Of a DNA stretch of 64,000 nucleotides, positions 19,290 through 28,382 are shown one piece after another. The stretch is taken from IMG/VR virus record IMGVR_UViG_3300011871_000002, positions 64,001-128,000 of that record, one strand, 5' to 3'. The translations under genes were made by a program, and so were the position numbers. The notes beneath the pieces were generated by a model, which was not told where the DNA came from, did not search any database, and was given only the letters and a program-made list of their open reading frames with translations. This DNA is from a virus. Its lineage: Duplodnaviria > Caudoviricetes. Numbering within the stretch: position 1 is the first letter of the stretch; every line of letters starts with the position of its first letter.

Positions 19290-19784
19290 ATGATCAATGT
19301 TTTTATTCTGGATTGTCATGATGCCATCAAACAGTTTGTAGGAGAGACAGTGGATTTGGATTTTCCTGTCATTGAAATGCCTACCATTATGCGAGATGTG
19401 ATGGCGGTTTTGGAAAATGAAGAACCCGAAGCCACCGATCTTCATAGCGCAGCCTGCCACTACATTTATGACCATACCGGCCACATCGATCACTTTGATC
19501 CGTATGTGTACGAAGGTATGGAAGATCGTCTTTATTCCGCAATGTTAAAGCTGGCTGGCCGCGTTAGAAATAAACTGCGTCACCACCATGCGTATGCAGA
19601 CGGCCACTTCCCATTTACTTTTACGAAATTCGTCAACGATGGCACATTCATACTCACCCGAAAACGAGAAGCAGACGGCTCCTTCGCACATCATCCTCGA
19701 CACACGGGTGATGCTGAACGAGCTGATGCCGATCATGATGCCGTATCTAGAAGAAACCGAGAGCGCGCCTACGCGTACCGCTAA
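19290..19784 (+). CDS. Hypothetical protein (paralogue array member)
   Basis: 164 aa; AGGAG RBS. Confidence 0.7.
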   Translation: MINVFILDCHDAIKQFVGETVDLDFPVIEMPTIMRDVMAVLENEEPEATDLHSAACHYIYDHTGHIDHFDPYVYEGMEDRLYSAMLKLAGRVRNKLRHHHAYADGHFPFTFTKFVNDGTFILTRKREADGSFAHHPRHTGDAERADADHDAVSRRNRERAYAYR

Positions 19785-20112
19785 GCAGTTCTGGCGGGAA
19801 GACATGGACAAGGTGCTGACTGAGATCATCCAGATCATCGCATTCAAGAAGGATGCCGAACTGTCGCTCCAGTACGAGAGCATGCAGATTGTGCAAGAAG
19901 CCATGCAAGAGCGCGACATTGCCCAAGTAGTGGAGTACACCCGCTTCTTGGTCAATCTTGGCATGGCCTTGGTCGGCAAACTCCAGTGCATCGGTGCGTA
20001 CAGTCACGGTAAGCTGATGTATGCGTACAAGTGCATGCAAAACGAAAATATCGTGCTGGAGCATGTGTTGTTCACTCCCCGTGACCAAGATGCACCCCAC
20101 GCCACCAGTTAG
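19639..20112 (+). CDS. Hypothetical protein (paralogue array member; start uncertain)
   Basis: Shares IILD and AY-x-x-G motifs with its neighbour; overlaps the previous ORF. Confidence 0.6.
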   Translation: MAHSYSPENEKQTAPSHIILDTRVMLNELMPIMMPYLEETESAPTRTAKQFWREDMDKVLTEIIQIIAFKKDAELSLQYESMQIVQEAMQERDIAQVVEYTRFLVNLGMALVGKLQCIGAYSHGKLMYAYKCMQNENIVLEHVLFTPRDQDAPHATS

Positions 20113-20476
20113 GGTGATCGTAGAAGTGCCGAAGTACTATTTTGTCTTTCTGACCCACTTCTACGACTCCCCGCCATGTATCGAAGATTTTCAAGAACTG
20201 TTGCGGCAAATCTTAAACGAGATGCTCAACTACCCGTATGAAAAGGTTATTCAGCATGTGGGGTTTCTCATCCCTGACGCCAATCTTATGCGAGACAAGC
20301 GATTACAGCAAAGTGCTGTACACGCCAATCATTTAACTTTGGCAACGGCAGAAATCACTGCCATGCTGTGCAATTTCTTCCGCAGTGCCGACTTGTTCGA
20401 TATTGACGGAACATTGCCCTATACCCCACATACCGTAGACCAAGATGTCATGGTACTGCACTACGTGGGGGAGTGA
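20090..20476 (+). CDS. Hypothetical protein (paralogue array member)
   Basis: ATG overlaps the end of the previous ORF; similar C-terminal pattern. Confidence 0.6.
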   Translation: MHPTPPVRVIVEVPKYYFVFLTHFYDSPPCIEDFQELLRQILNEMLNYPYEKVIQHVGFLIPDANLMRDKRLQQSAVHANHLTLATAEITAMLCNFFRSADLFDIDGTLPYTPHTVDQDVMVLHYVGE

Positions 20477-20501
20477 ATAACCATTTCTTCAGGAAACTAT
20501 A

Positions 20502-20909
20502 ATGGCTGCCCCATTTGAAATCGATAGCGTTTATTCGTTTGACCTTTGGCCAGCTGCGGTCTTGGGTTCCAGCCACAAGAACGTCACTTGCATGGGGGTG
20601 ATGACCGAGCGCAGCGCAATTCGTCTGGGTTGTAATACCCGCGAACTGCATGCGCAGGTCTATTCATCCCTGCCCGCAGGTACGCCGAATAATCCGGCCG
20701 CCTACAGTTACGCCGAGTTCAAAACTGAACTGGGTGTGAGTTTTATCGTAGGCATTCCTTGGATCAAGGAAGCCAGCATCCAGAAAATTCTGTCACGTTC
20801 GTATAACGTCAAAGTGGGTAACACGACCGCCGAAGACTTGCCACGTCTGCGTAACGCGTTGCTCACGAGTGGCTTCAAGGATTTTGTCATCGAACTGGCT
20901 GAAGACTAA
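20502..20909 (+). CDS. Conserved phiKZ-like protein (gp49-like by position)
   Basis: 135 aa; last protein gene before the DNA polymerase. Confidence 0.55.
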   Translation: MAAPFEIDSVYSFDLWPAAVLGSSHKNVTCMGVMTERSAIRLGCNTRELHAQVYSSLPAGTPNNPAAYSYAEFKTELGVSFIVGIPWIKEASIQKILSRSYNVKVGNTTAEDLPRLRNALLTSGFKDFVIELAED

Positions 20910-20973
20910 GAACAGTGCGCTGTATGTTATGCGCAAACAAAACGTGGTAGGAACGCTTGGTTTTTTTACTGGG

Positions 20974-21295
20974 TTACTACATGTTTTGAGTAGTAAGAGG
21001 GGTTAGGCTGACCCCGCTGCTCACCCCTAGCACCAGCTGTCTCTCCCACGCTAGGGGCGAGAACCTCTTAACGCATGGAGGATGCCAACAAACACCGCCA
21101 ATGCCCGATAGCTCGTCATTCCTTCTTCAGCGAGTTAGTCCTAATCGATCGACTAGGCGCTTGCGCTTTGCCTGTTTCCCCCTCTTTCCAGGCGAATTGA
21201 TGCGCGCTACGGTTGACGGGTGGCGTGGTTTGTGACGTGATGCGTTTTAGGGGACAGGGCTTTCGGGTCCTGTCCTCATTTTTTCTTTTATGCCG
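20974..21295 (+). ncRNA. Candidate ~300-nt multibranch structured ncRNA
   Basis: Eight or more nested stems, pyrimidine-rich loops, terminal terminator hairpin; no credible ORF. Confidence 0.65.
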
Positions 21296-21363
21296 CATGC
21301 TTCTTTTTTTGCAAAAAATACCCGCAGTAGTAATCTTGTGTTACCGTAAAGGAGTTTCCCAGA

Positions 21364-23529
21364 ATGAACGCACTAGCCGACAATCCATTTGTTCTGCCTA
21401 TCGAGGCGTACACCCGCGACCTCGACGTAGTGAAGCATTACAAATCCGATGCTGCCTGCTATTTGTCGATCATGTCTGGTCGCCCAGTCGAACACTGCGC
21501 GGCGTGGATCGAGAAACAACTGGCCAAGGGTGGCAAGTTCGAATTCAAAGACCCCAAAGTGATGTTCCTGCACCGTCAGGAAAATGGCGACCGCATCAAG
21601 CGTGCCATGCCATTCATGGGTTACCTCAACGAAGCGATCCGTAACCAAGAATTGATCGCAGCTACCTTTACCACGTATATTCATCCGTCGAAGAAGCAAT
21701 CACTCCTCGTGGACTATATCGACGATAACGTGGCAATGCGCAGCAAAGCCAAGAAGGCGATGTTCGCCGCCGATGCTGCCGGCGACAAGGCCACGGCAGT
21801 GCTCAAGAAGATCGAGCAGAATAACCGCAAGATCCGTAACAACGCTATTTCCGGCTCACACGTGACTCCGTCCACTCCGATGTATAACCCGACCGGTCAC
21901 AGCACCCTGACCTCGACCTGCCGTGTCACATCTGGTTATGGCAACGTCAACAACGAAAAACTGGTGGCAGGCAATCGCCATTACTGGTCACCGCAGATAG
22001 TAGTCAACAACATTATCTCCATCGTCAACCACAGTGACTACCAGGCCATCCGCGCGGTGATGGAAAAGTACGACCTGCATTATCCAACAACGGATGAGAC
22101 GATGGCGTGCATTCGGTATTCGACCGACCTGTACTGGCCGCGTAACCTCCAAGCACTGGCGCGCATTCGTCTGTTGGTCGACAAACTCACTCCGATCCAG
22201 CGCGCTGCATTCATGTACACGGGTGATATGTATCACCTCATGAAGCACAATGAAGCATTCGTGCGTTCGTTCCTGGATCAGTTGTCGTATCGTCCGAGCG
22301 AACCCCATGCGCATCCAGAAAAAATCATTTCTAAGGTGCGAGGCGACTATCTGAATCTGGCCGGCGTCATTTGTGCTGACATCATCATGGCGGTCAACCC
22401 TGGCAAAAACCAAGAACCGCCGTATGCGAACCTGAAAGGCACCCACGTCTATGGCATCATTGCTGCCACGTCGGAAAATATCGCCAACGTGCTGCAAAAG
22501 TATGCGGACCTGATCAAAGCGTTCTGGGTGACATCTAACGTACCAGCATCTTTGGCCAAACTGCCAGATAGCATCCGTCGTGTGGCACTCGTGTCCGATA
22601 CTGACTCGACCATTTTCACGGTTCAGGATTGGGTGATCTGGCACCAAGGCCGCCCTGGCTTTGACCCCAAGTGTAAAGCCATCGGTGGCTGCATGATCTT
22701 CTTGGCGTCGCAAACCGTCACACACATCCTGGCCAAGATGTCGGCGAACTTTGGTATCGAGCAAAAGCGCTTGTTCCAAATCGCCATGAAGAACGAGTAC
22801 TACTTTGACGTGTTCGTCCCGACCCGTGTGGCTAAGCACTACTATGCGATCAAGTCGGTACAGGAAGGTCAAATCTTTGCCAAACTCAAAGACGAGATCA
22901 AGGGTGTGCACCTGAAGTCCTCCAACGTGTCCAAAGAAGTCATCGAGGAAGCTGCGGTGATGATGCGCGACATCATGGATTTGGTTATGAATGAGCAAAA
23001 GATCAATTTGCTCACCATGGTCCAGCGCGTAGCGGATATTGAACGTCGGGTGATTGCGACCATCAAGCGTGGCGACGAAGATTATTTTAAGTCGACCCAG
23101 ATCAAGGCTGCTGAATCGTACACCAAGGCCAAAGAGGATTCGCCTTTCCAGCACCATACCTTCTGGCAAGAAGTGTTCGCACCCAAGTACGGCTATGCAG
23201 AAGAACCGCCGTATGCAGTGCTGAAGATTTCGGTGGACTTGTCCTCGAACGTGAAGATGCGCCAGTGGATGGACGGCTTTAAGGATCGCGCATTAGCCGA
23301 TCGTATGGAGAAGTATATTGCGAAGACTGGTAAGATGAAGAACATCACCACCTTCCAGTTGCCGCAACCGGTCATCGCCCAGTGCGGCATTCCGGAAGAA
23401 ATCTTCGAAATGATCAACTACCGCCGCATCGTCATGGATACCGTCAAGGTGATGTACCTCGTCCTCGAAACATTAGGTTTTTATATGGCCAATGATCGTA
23501 TCACCAAACTCGTCAGTGACGATTATTAA
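21364..23529 (+). CDS. Family-B DNA polymerase, catalytic subunit (phiKZ gp50-like)
   Basis: Motif B K-x3-N-x2-SG (KIRNNAISG), motif C SDTDS, K-x-Y and KG motifs. Confidence 0.88.
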   Translation: MNALADNPFVLPIEAYTRDLDVVKHYKSDAACYLSIMSGRPVEHCAAWIEKQLAKGGKFEFKDPKVMFLHRQENGDRIKRAMPFMGYLNEAIRNQELIAATFTTYIHPSKKQSLLVDYIDDNVAMRSKAKKAMFAADAAGDKATAVLKKIEQNNRKIRNNAISGSHVTPSTPMYNPTGHSTLTSTCRVTSGYGNVNNEKLVAGNRHYWSPQIVVNNIISIVNHSDYQAIRAVMEKYDLHYPTTDETMACIRYSTDLYWPRNLQALARIRLLVDKLTPIQRAAFMYTGDMYHLMKHNEAFVRSFLDQLSYRPSEPHAHPEKIISKVRGDYLNLAGVICADIIMAVNPGKNQEPPYANLKGTHVYGIIAATSENIANVLQKYADLIKAFWVTSNVPASLAKLPDSIRRVALVSDTDSTIFTVQDWVIWHQGRPGFDPKCKAIGGCMIFLASQTVTHILAKMSANFGIEQKRLFQIAMKNEYYFDVFVPTRVAKHYYAIKSVQEGQIFAKLKDEIKGVHLKSSNVSKEVIEEAAVMMRDIMDLVMNEQKINLLTMVQRVADIERRVIATIKRGDEDYFKSTQIKAAESYTKAKEDSPFQHHTFWQEVFAPKYGYAEEPPYAVLKISVDLSSNVKMRQWMDGFKDRALADRMEKYIAKTGKMKNITTFQLPQPVIAQCGIPEEIFEMINYRRIVMDTVKVMYLVLETLGFYMANDRITKLVSDDY

Positions 23530-23546
23530 TAGTAGGTTATTTTAAT

Positions 23547-23584
23547 TACATATCACCTCAGTGAAACTAACACTTTCACTGAGG
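23547..23584 (+). promoter_or_regulatory. Early promoter overlapping an RBS-sequestering hairpin
   Basis: TACATATCAC-N5-TGA; 11-bp stem CCTCAGTGAAA/TTTCACTGAGG covers the GAGG RBS. Confidence 0.75.
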
Positions 23585-23593
23585 AATATTTCC

Positions 23594-24271
23594 ATGATAG
23601 AAAACTTTCGAGCATTTCCGGAATTCAACGAAGGAAAAATATGCGGCGTGTATGTTCTTGTTCATGTCGCTAGTGGGAACTGGTACATAGGTAGCTCTGA
23701 TGATTTGTATTCACGCCGAGCTAACCACGAAAGCCAGTTACGTCGCGGTGTGCATTATAATCACGCACTTCAAGAAGCATACAACATACACAATCAAATT
23801 GACTATATCTGTCTTCATACCCCTACGCGCGACATTGCGTTTGAGATAGAAGAAATGATTATTCAAAGTCATCGCGCATCGGGATTTTTGTTCAACGTTG
23901 CTGATGATGTATATTCCCCTAACAAAGGAAGAGTCTTTTCGGAAGAAACCCGGAGAAAAATCAGCGAAGCAAGAACCGGCATGACACTTTCTCCGGATCA
24001 TGTAGAGAAAGTCAGATTGGCCAATATCGGTAAGAAACGCACGCCTGAGTTTTGTGAACAGATGCGTCAACTTAACATCGGCAGAGAACGTACTCCTGTC
24101 CAGCTGGAAACGATGCGGAAGTACAACACCGAGATATCAAAGAAAGTATCTGTTGACGGTATTATTTATGAAAGTATGAGCGCGGCGGCTCGCGCGCACG
24201 AAGTAGCTGTATCTACTGTCAGGCAACGTGTTAATAGCCAAAATTTTCATAATTGGAAAAATGCTGAATAA
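23594..24271 (+). CDS. GIY-YIG homing endonuclease with NUMOD3-like repeats
   Basis: GVY...WYIGSS, catalytic R and E region, SEETRRKISEARTG repeats; AT-rich. Confidence 0.9.
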   Translation: MIENFRAFPEFNEGKICGVYVLVHVASGNWYIGSSDDLYSRRANHESQLRRGVHYNHALQEAYNIHNQIDYICLHTPTRDIAFEIEEMIIQSHRASGFLFNVADDVYSPNKGRVFSEETRRKISEARTGMTLSPDHVEKVRLANIGKKRTPEFCEQMRQLNIGRERTPVQLETMRKYNTEISKKVSVDGIIYESMSAAARAHEVAVSTVRQRVNSQNFHNWKNAE

Positions 24272-24286
24272 GAAAAGGAATCACGA

Positions 24287-24469
24287 ATGCAACCAACCAG
24301 CAACGAACACAATAAGGTCGAACCCAAACCCGCGCACAAGCAGGTACCGATCCCCGTTAAACGGGTGCCGCCTGACCACCGTTTGGTCGGCAATGACGAT
24401 CGCGACTACCTCGCGAGCTATACCAGCGTACGGGTGAACTACCACTACGCCGGCCCAGACGGAGCATGA
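24287..24469 (+). CDS. Small hypothetical protein
   Basis: 60 aa; AAGGA RBS. Confidence 0.5.
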   Translation: MQPTSNEHNKVEPKPAHKQVPIPVKRVPPDHRLVGNDDRDYLASYTSVRVNYHYAGPDGA

Positions 24470-24470
24470 G

Positions 24471-24659
24471 ATGAAGATCATTTACGAACAACCCGGCAAG
24501 ATCGTTGACGTCTCCAAAATTGGCGTTACCCCGACAGCCGGTATCGGAACCATCAACCACGGTCTGGACCGGGTCAACCACGAAAAACGCGATGAGCTGC
24601 TGCACAGTGGCCAACTGAGCAAGCGCGGTGAAGACTGGGTCAGGAAGAACCGACCGTAA
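24471..24659 (+). CDS. Small hypothetical protein
   Basis: 62 aa; GGAG RBS, coupled to the previous stop. Confidence 0.55.
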   Translation: MKIIYEQPGKIVDVSKIGVTPTAGIGTINHGLDRVNHEKRDELLHSGQLSKRGEDWVRKNRP

Positions 24660-24880
24660 CTCATGCGGCATCAAGGGGAAACGCTTATGTCAGCTGAAGA
24701 TGACAAAAAAGTTGGAATCTATTCTCCAGCAACCCGGTTCTTTTAATCGTAGCCGCCCTACAGCTAAAGGTGGCTATCTTTGGCCCAAACATTCTTGTGG
24801 ATTTCGCCGTCTTACTGAGAACGGGAAGAGTGAGTGGGTCGCCCCGGAAGAAGTACTGGGTTTGCCAGAAATAAAGTAAG

Positions 24881-24923
24881 CGGCATACAGGAGAGGCAAG
24901 CGCCTCTCCTGTCTTTTATGCCG
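24881..24923. terminator. Bidirectional terminator with CGGCATA/TTTATGCCG
   Basis: ACAGGAGAGGC/GCCTCTCCTGT stem. Confidence 0.8.
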
Positions 24924-26015
24924 TCAATTGTAGGACTTGTCGAAAATCTCATCGAGTTCAAGTGCTACCTCGATGTAGTCTTCAATCGGCAATACACTGC
25001 TTAGCAAGTTATCAGCCCGGTATGAAGTGATGGCACGGCGTACCGCATTGATTTCTAGTTGGTTGAGAGTATTGACCCGCTCGCGTCCTGCTCGGAACAA
25101 GAATGCAGTGGTTTGGAGCCGCGCTACCAACAGTGCCCAGACCACTTGACGGGTGGCTGGAACATCTGGCATTTCCATGACTTCAGCCATTGTCGGCTTG
25201 ATGGCGGCCGGAATGGTTTTGAGTACCCCCAGAAAGTCTTGGCGCTTCTTGTGGATATACGTCAAGACTTCAGTGTGGACTTCAGTGACGCGCTTGGTAT
25301 AGTCAACCAGAGCAAACGAGTGCTTTAGTTTGCTCTCCCCCAAGGGCGCACCCTTTTGCATGTTGTCGATGCGATTGAAGAGTGCCACATCCAAGTGCGA
25401 AGGCAACATGTTGGGTAACACATACATGCGCAAGAAATGGTACACTGACAGTTGCGCGCTTTCATTGGCAGTAGCAGCTTCATAGTTACAGAAGGCGCGG
25501 TACATGATCGCCAGCATCGGGATGTTGATGGCAATGACGGCCATCCCGGTTTCACTACCCGTATTCTTGCCATCCGGTAGATTCATCATCAAGTCCGAAC
25601 GCGGGTGCTTGAGTACCTTCACCGGCTGCAAGTTGCGCCAATCCTTGTCAGCTTCGTAGATATCGAAGTAGTCGTTATGGGCAAGAAGGATTTCCTTGCA
25701 GCCTTCGCCGTAGAAGATACCCTTGTGCAACACCCCTCTAGAAACAGGTGATGTCAATTTTAACGCACTTGCGGTATTGAATGTACCAGCGTCGACATTC
25801 TCGAAATAGCGCTCCAAGTTCAGTGCATGCGGCACCGTGATCGCATACAGCAGACGAACTAAAAAGTGCGATCCCTGTACTGCTTGGGGATTTCGGCGAT
25901 GGTAGCGCAAGATGACTTCAAGGTTGCGTCTGAGTCCATCTCGCACGTAGGGCCAGTGGACGGACTGCAACACACCGTATTCACTTGGTGGTTTGAGATT
26001 AAACAAAGTACGCAT
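24924..26015 (-). CDS. Conserved phiKZ-like protein, probably virion (gp52-like by position)
   Basis: ~363 aa from MRTLFN; lies between the DNA polymerase and chimallin genes on the opposite strand. Confidence 0.55.
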   Translation of the reverse strand: MRTLFNLKPPSEYGVLQSVHWPYVRDGLRRNLEVILRYHRRNPQAVQGSHFLVRLLYAITVPHALNLERYFENVDAGTFNTASALKLTSPVSRGVLHKGIFYGEGCKEILLAHNDYFDIYEADKDWRNLQPVKVLKHPRSDLMMNLPDGKNTGSETGMAVIAINIPMLAIMYRAFCNYEAATANESAQLSVYHFLRMYVLPNMLPSHLDVALFNRIDNMQKGAPLGESKLKHSFALVDYTKRVTEVHTEVLTYIHKKRQDFLGVLKTIPAAIKPTMAEVMEMPDVPATRQVVWALLVARLQTTAFLFRAGRERVNTLNQLEINAVRRAITSYRADNLLSSVLPIEDYIEVALELDEIFDKSYN

Positions 26016-26214
26016 GGGGGATTGTCCAGTCGATAGATGAGAGGAAACACATAACATGAATCATCACGCTACTCTCACCACAGAAATGACAGTGCAATAA
26101 TTTTTTACTGTCCAACTGCTATGTTATAGGAATAGACTTGACCGTCTTGCCTACTGCTTCTAGATGCGTCTAGAGGCGGGACCTTAACAAAGGGAGTTAT
26201 GATTTCCATGAATG

Positions 26215-26246
26215 AAAAAATTCATGGACACATATAACCTAGGTGA
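26215..26246 (+). promoter_or_regulatory. Phage early promoter of chimallin
   Basis: AAAAAATTCATGGA-CACATATAAC-N5-TGA. Confidence 0.7.
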
Positions 26247-26325
26247 GCATGTAGCACCACACTGCTCTAATAACGTTTGTTTGCGCAAACATAAATCGTT
26301 AAACTAAGTAAAGAGGAAAAAAACC

Positions 26326-28287
26326 ATGGCAATCAAAGACGACAACCAGCCGACCGCACTGGGCGCTGCAATGGCCAATGCAGGCGTGAAGTCGAACAAC
26401 AGCAACCAAGCCGATACCCAGCAATCGTCGAACACCAGCACCGACCAGGGCTTCACCAACACCGGCACCGGCAACAACGGCAAGATGTCCTTCTCCAGCA
26501 TGGGCATGGGCCTGGCGGCACCGATCCCGCTGAGCAACACCAGCGAAACCCTGGGCAAGTTCCAGCGCGCGATCCAGGAAGTGATCGACAGCTACAAGCA
26601 AGACACCGCCGCCGTCCAGACCACCCTGATCCCGGTCGATCGCCACGACGGCGCCATCGGCGTGCCGATCTCGTACCTGATCGTCGCTGTCCAGCTGACC
26701 AAGAACCGCGAGGCCGGCGTCGGCTACCTGCCGCTGATCATCGAAGGTTCGATCGACCCGATCCCCGTCACCGAAGAATACGTGGCCGGCGCCCCCGGCG
26801 GCAAGGTGCAGGTGCTGCGTACCGCAGGCGACGCCGACGTGCCAGCAGTGCGTGAAAAGATCCACAAGATCGTCATGGCGCGTTTCCAGACCGACAAGGC
26901 TTACCCGGCCATCGGCATGGTCGTGCCGCGTGACTTCACCGACAACCTGAACGATCCGCTGGCCCTGAAGAACCTGGCCAGCCGTGCCAGCTACGCTGCC
27001 GCCATCGCGCTGCAAACCCAGCTCGGCACCAAGCCGCTGAACCTGGCCGACTACATCGGCGGCGCCGACACGCTGCAAGCCCGCCTGAGCCTGGACTCGC
27101 GTCCGGTGATGAACCTGTTCAAGCAGCCGGTGCGTTCGGACATGAAGGTCACCGTCGTGTCCGAGCCGGTCGCCAAGCAGCAGGTGCCGGGCTTCAGTGC
27201 CACTGGCGGCACCGAGATCGCCAATACCTCGGCCTTCGTCAACGTGATCTACCAGCCGAAGAACGTGGCACAGTCGATCCCTGGCTTCAGCAGCATGACC
27301 CAGCCGTCGCCGGACATGTACATGAAGTACCTGGCCCGCATCGTGCTGACCGACCTGCGCGCTGAACGTATCCAGACCATCGGCGGCCAGCTGCTGGCCC
27401 TGGTATCGGCCATCTCGCTGCGCAACAACGACCTGTGGAAGGCCGCGTTCCTGCCGCGCCGCGACATCGATCCGAACCAGCTCGACCTGCGTGACGTCGG
27501 CGTGCTGAATCAGGAAGTGAACTTCGGCGGCGACCCGAACGTGCCGGGTCCGGTCATGGACATCAAGGCCGACAGCTTCGGTACCCCGCAGCTGATGACC
27601 TTCCTGCGCGCGATCTTCCATCCGGGCGTCGTGTTCGCAGTGGACGTGTCGCTGCGTGGTCCGGACACCTCGTACAACGGTGTGCTGGCCGCAGCAGACG
27701 ACGGCGATGCCGGCGCGATCGCAGCGATCAAGAACGCCGCGAACGCCCTGACCAACGGCGAGTTCCTGAAGATCTTCCCGGCCAACGGCGAAATCACGCT
27801 GAAGAAAGGTGAAAACATCCACCTGGGCTACTACCGCGCCGCCAACGGCGAAGTGCGTGACCTGCGTGACGTCGACGACTACCTGACCATCATGGCCCTG
27901 TTCGGCAAGTCGGCGCCGAACCTGGTGCGTGACTACTCGGACAGCTACCTGAAGACGGCCTACCCGGAAGCCCAGCGCATGGCTGGCCGCCTGGAAGTCC
28001 TGAAGCAGGCTGCACCGAACCTGGTGGTCACCAGCACTGCCCGCCGCGTCACCTTCGCCGGCGTCTTCATCGATTCGCTGGTGCAAGCTGTCGAGAAAGT
28101 CGGCGCCGCCATGCCGATCACCGGCAACGCCTACCTCGACACCGGCACGGCCGATCGTGCAGTGGGCGACTTCAGCAGCGGCCTGACCAGTGCTGCTTCG
28201 TCCGTCCTGTTCACCCGCGCACCGGTCGGCGGCCAAGCCAACAACAGCGCACCGGGCAACCAGTTCGCTGGCATCTGGCGTCCATAA
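26326..28287 (+). CDS. chmA: Chimallin, major phage nuclear shell protein
   Basis: 653 aa, disordered termini, extreme high-expression codon bias, own early promoter and terminator; directly upstream of nvRNAP beta'-N, as phiKZ gp54 is of gp55. Confidence 0.85.
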   Translation: MAIKDDNQPTALGAAMANAGVKSNNSNQADTQQSSNTSTDQGFTNTGTGNNGKMSFSSMGMGLAAPIPLSNTSETLGKFQRAIQEVIDSYKQDTAAVQTTLIPVDRHDGAIGVPISYLIVAVQLTKNREAGVGYLPLIIEGSIDPIPVTEEYVAGAPGGKVQVLRTAGDADVPAVREKIHKIVMARFQTDKAYPAIGMVVPRDFTDNLNDPLALKNLASRASYAAAIALQTQLGTKPLNLADYIGGADTLQARLSLDSRPVMNLFKQPVRSDMKVTVVSEPVAKQQVPGFSATGGTEIANTSAFVNVIYQPKNVAQSIPGFSSMTQPSPDMYMKYLARIVLTDLRAERIQTIGGQLLALVSAISLRNNDLWKAAFLPRRDIDPNQLDLRDVGVLNQEVNFGGDPNVPGPVMDIKADSFGTPQLMTFLRAIFHPGVVFAVDVSLRGPDTSYNGVLAAADDGDAGAIAAIKNAANALTNGEFLKIFPANGEITLKKGENIHLGYYRAANGEVRDLRDVDDYLTIMALFGKSAPNLVRDYSDSYLKTAYPEAQRMAGRLEVLKQAAPNLVVTSTARRVTFAGVFIDSLVQAVEKVGAAMPITGNAYLDTGTADRAVGDFSSGLTSAASSVLFTRAPVGGQANNSAPGNQFAGIWRP

Positions 28288-28319
28288 GCTACGGGTTGCA
28301 ATGACGCGTAGTTAAGTAA

Positions 28320-28352
28320 AATAAGGAACCCTTCGGGGTTCCTTATTTTTTT
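28320..28352 (+). terminator. Intrinsic terminator after chimallin
   Basis: AATAAGGAACCC-TTCG-GGGTTCCTTATT plus T-run. Confidence 0.9.
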
Positions 28353-28382
28353 CTATTTTGTATGGACTGACAGGAGAACACT

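Noticed and set aside
20974-21250. CsrA/RsmA sponge on the minus strand (GGA-containing loops)
   Set aside because: Most wobble pairs and the terminator orientation favour the plus strand; strand-specific RNA-seq would settle it
24628-24879. Third small ORF after the GIY-YIG gene
   Set aside because: The ATG with the best RBS (about 24687) opens only a 19-aa frame; the longer frame lacks a clear start, so it was left unannotated
26299-28236. 645-aa antisense ORF over chimallin
   Set aside because: Shadow ORF caused by strong codon bias on the sense strand; no RBS or motifs
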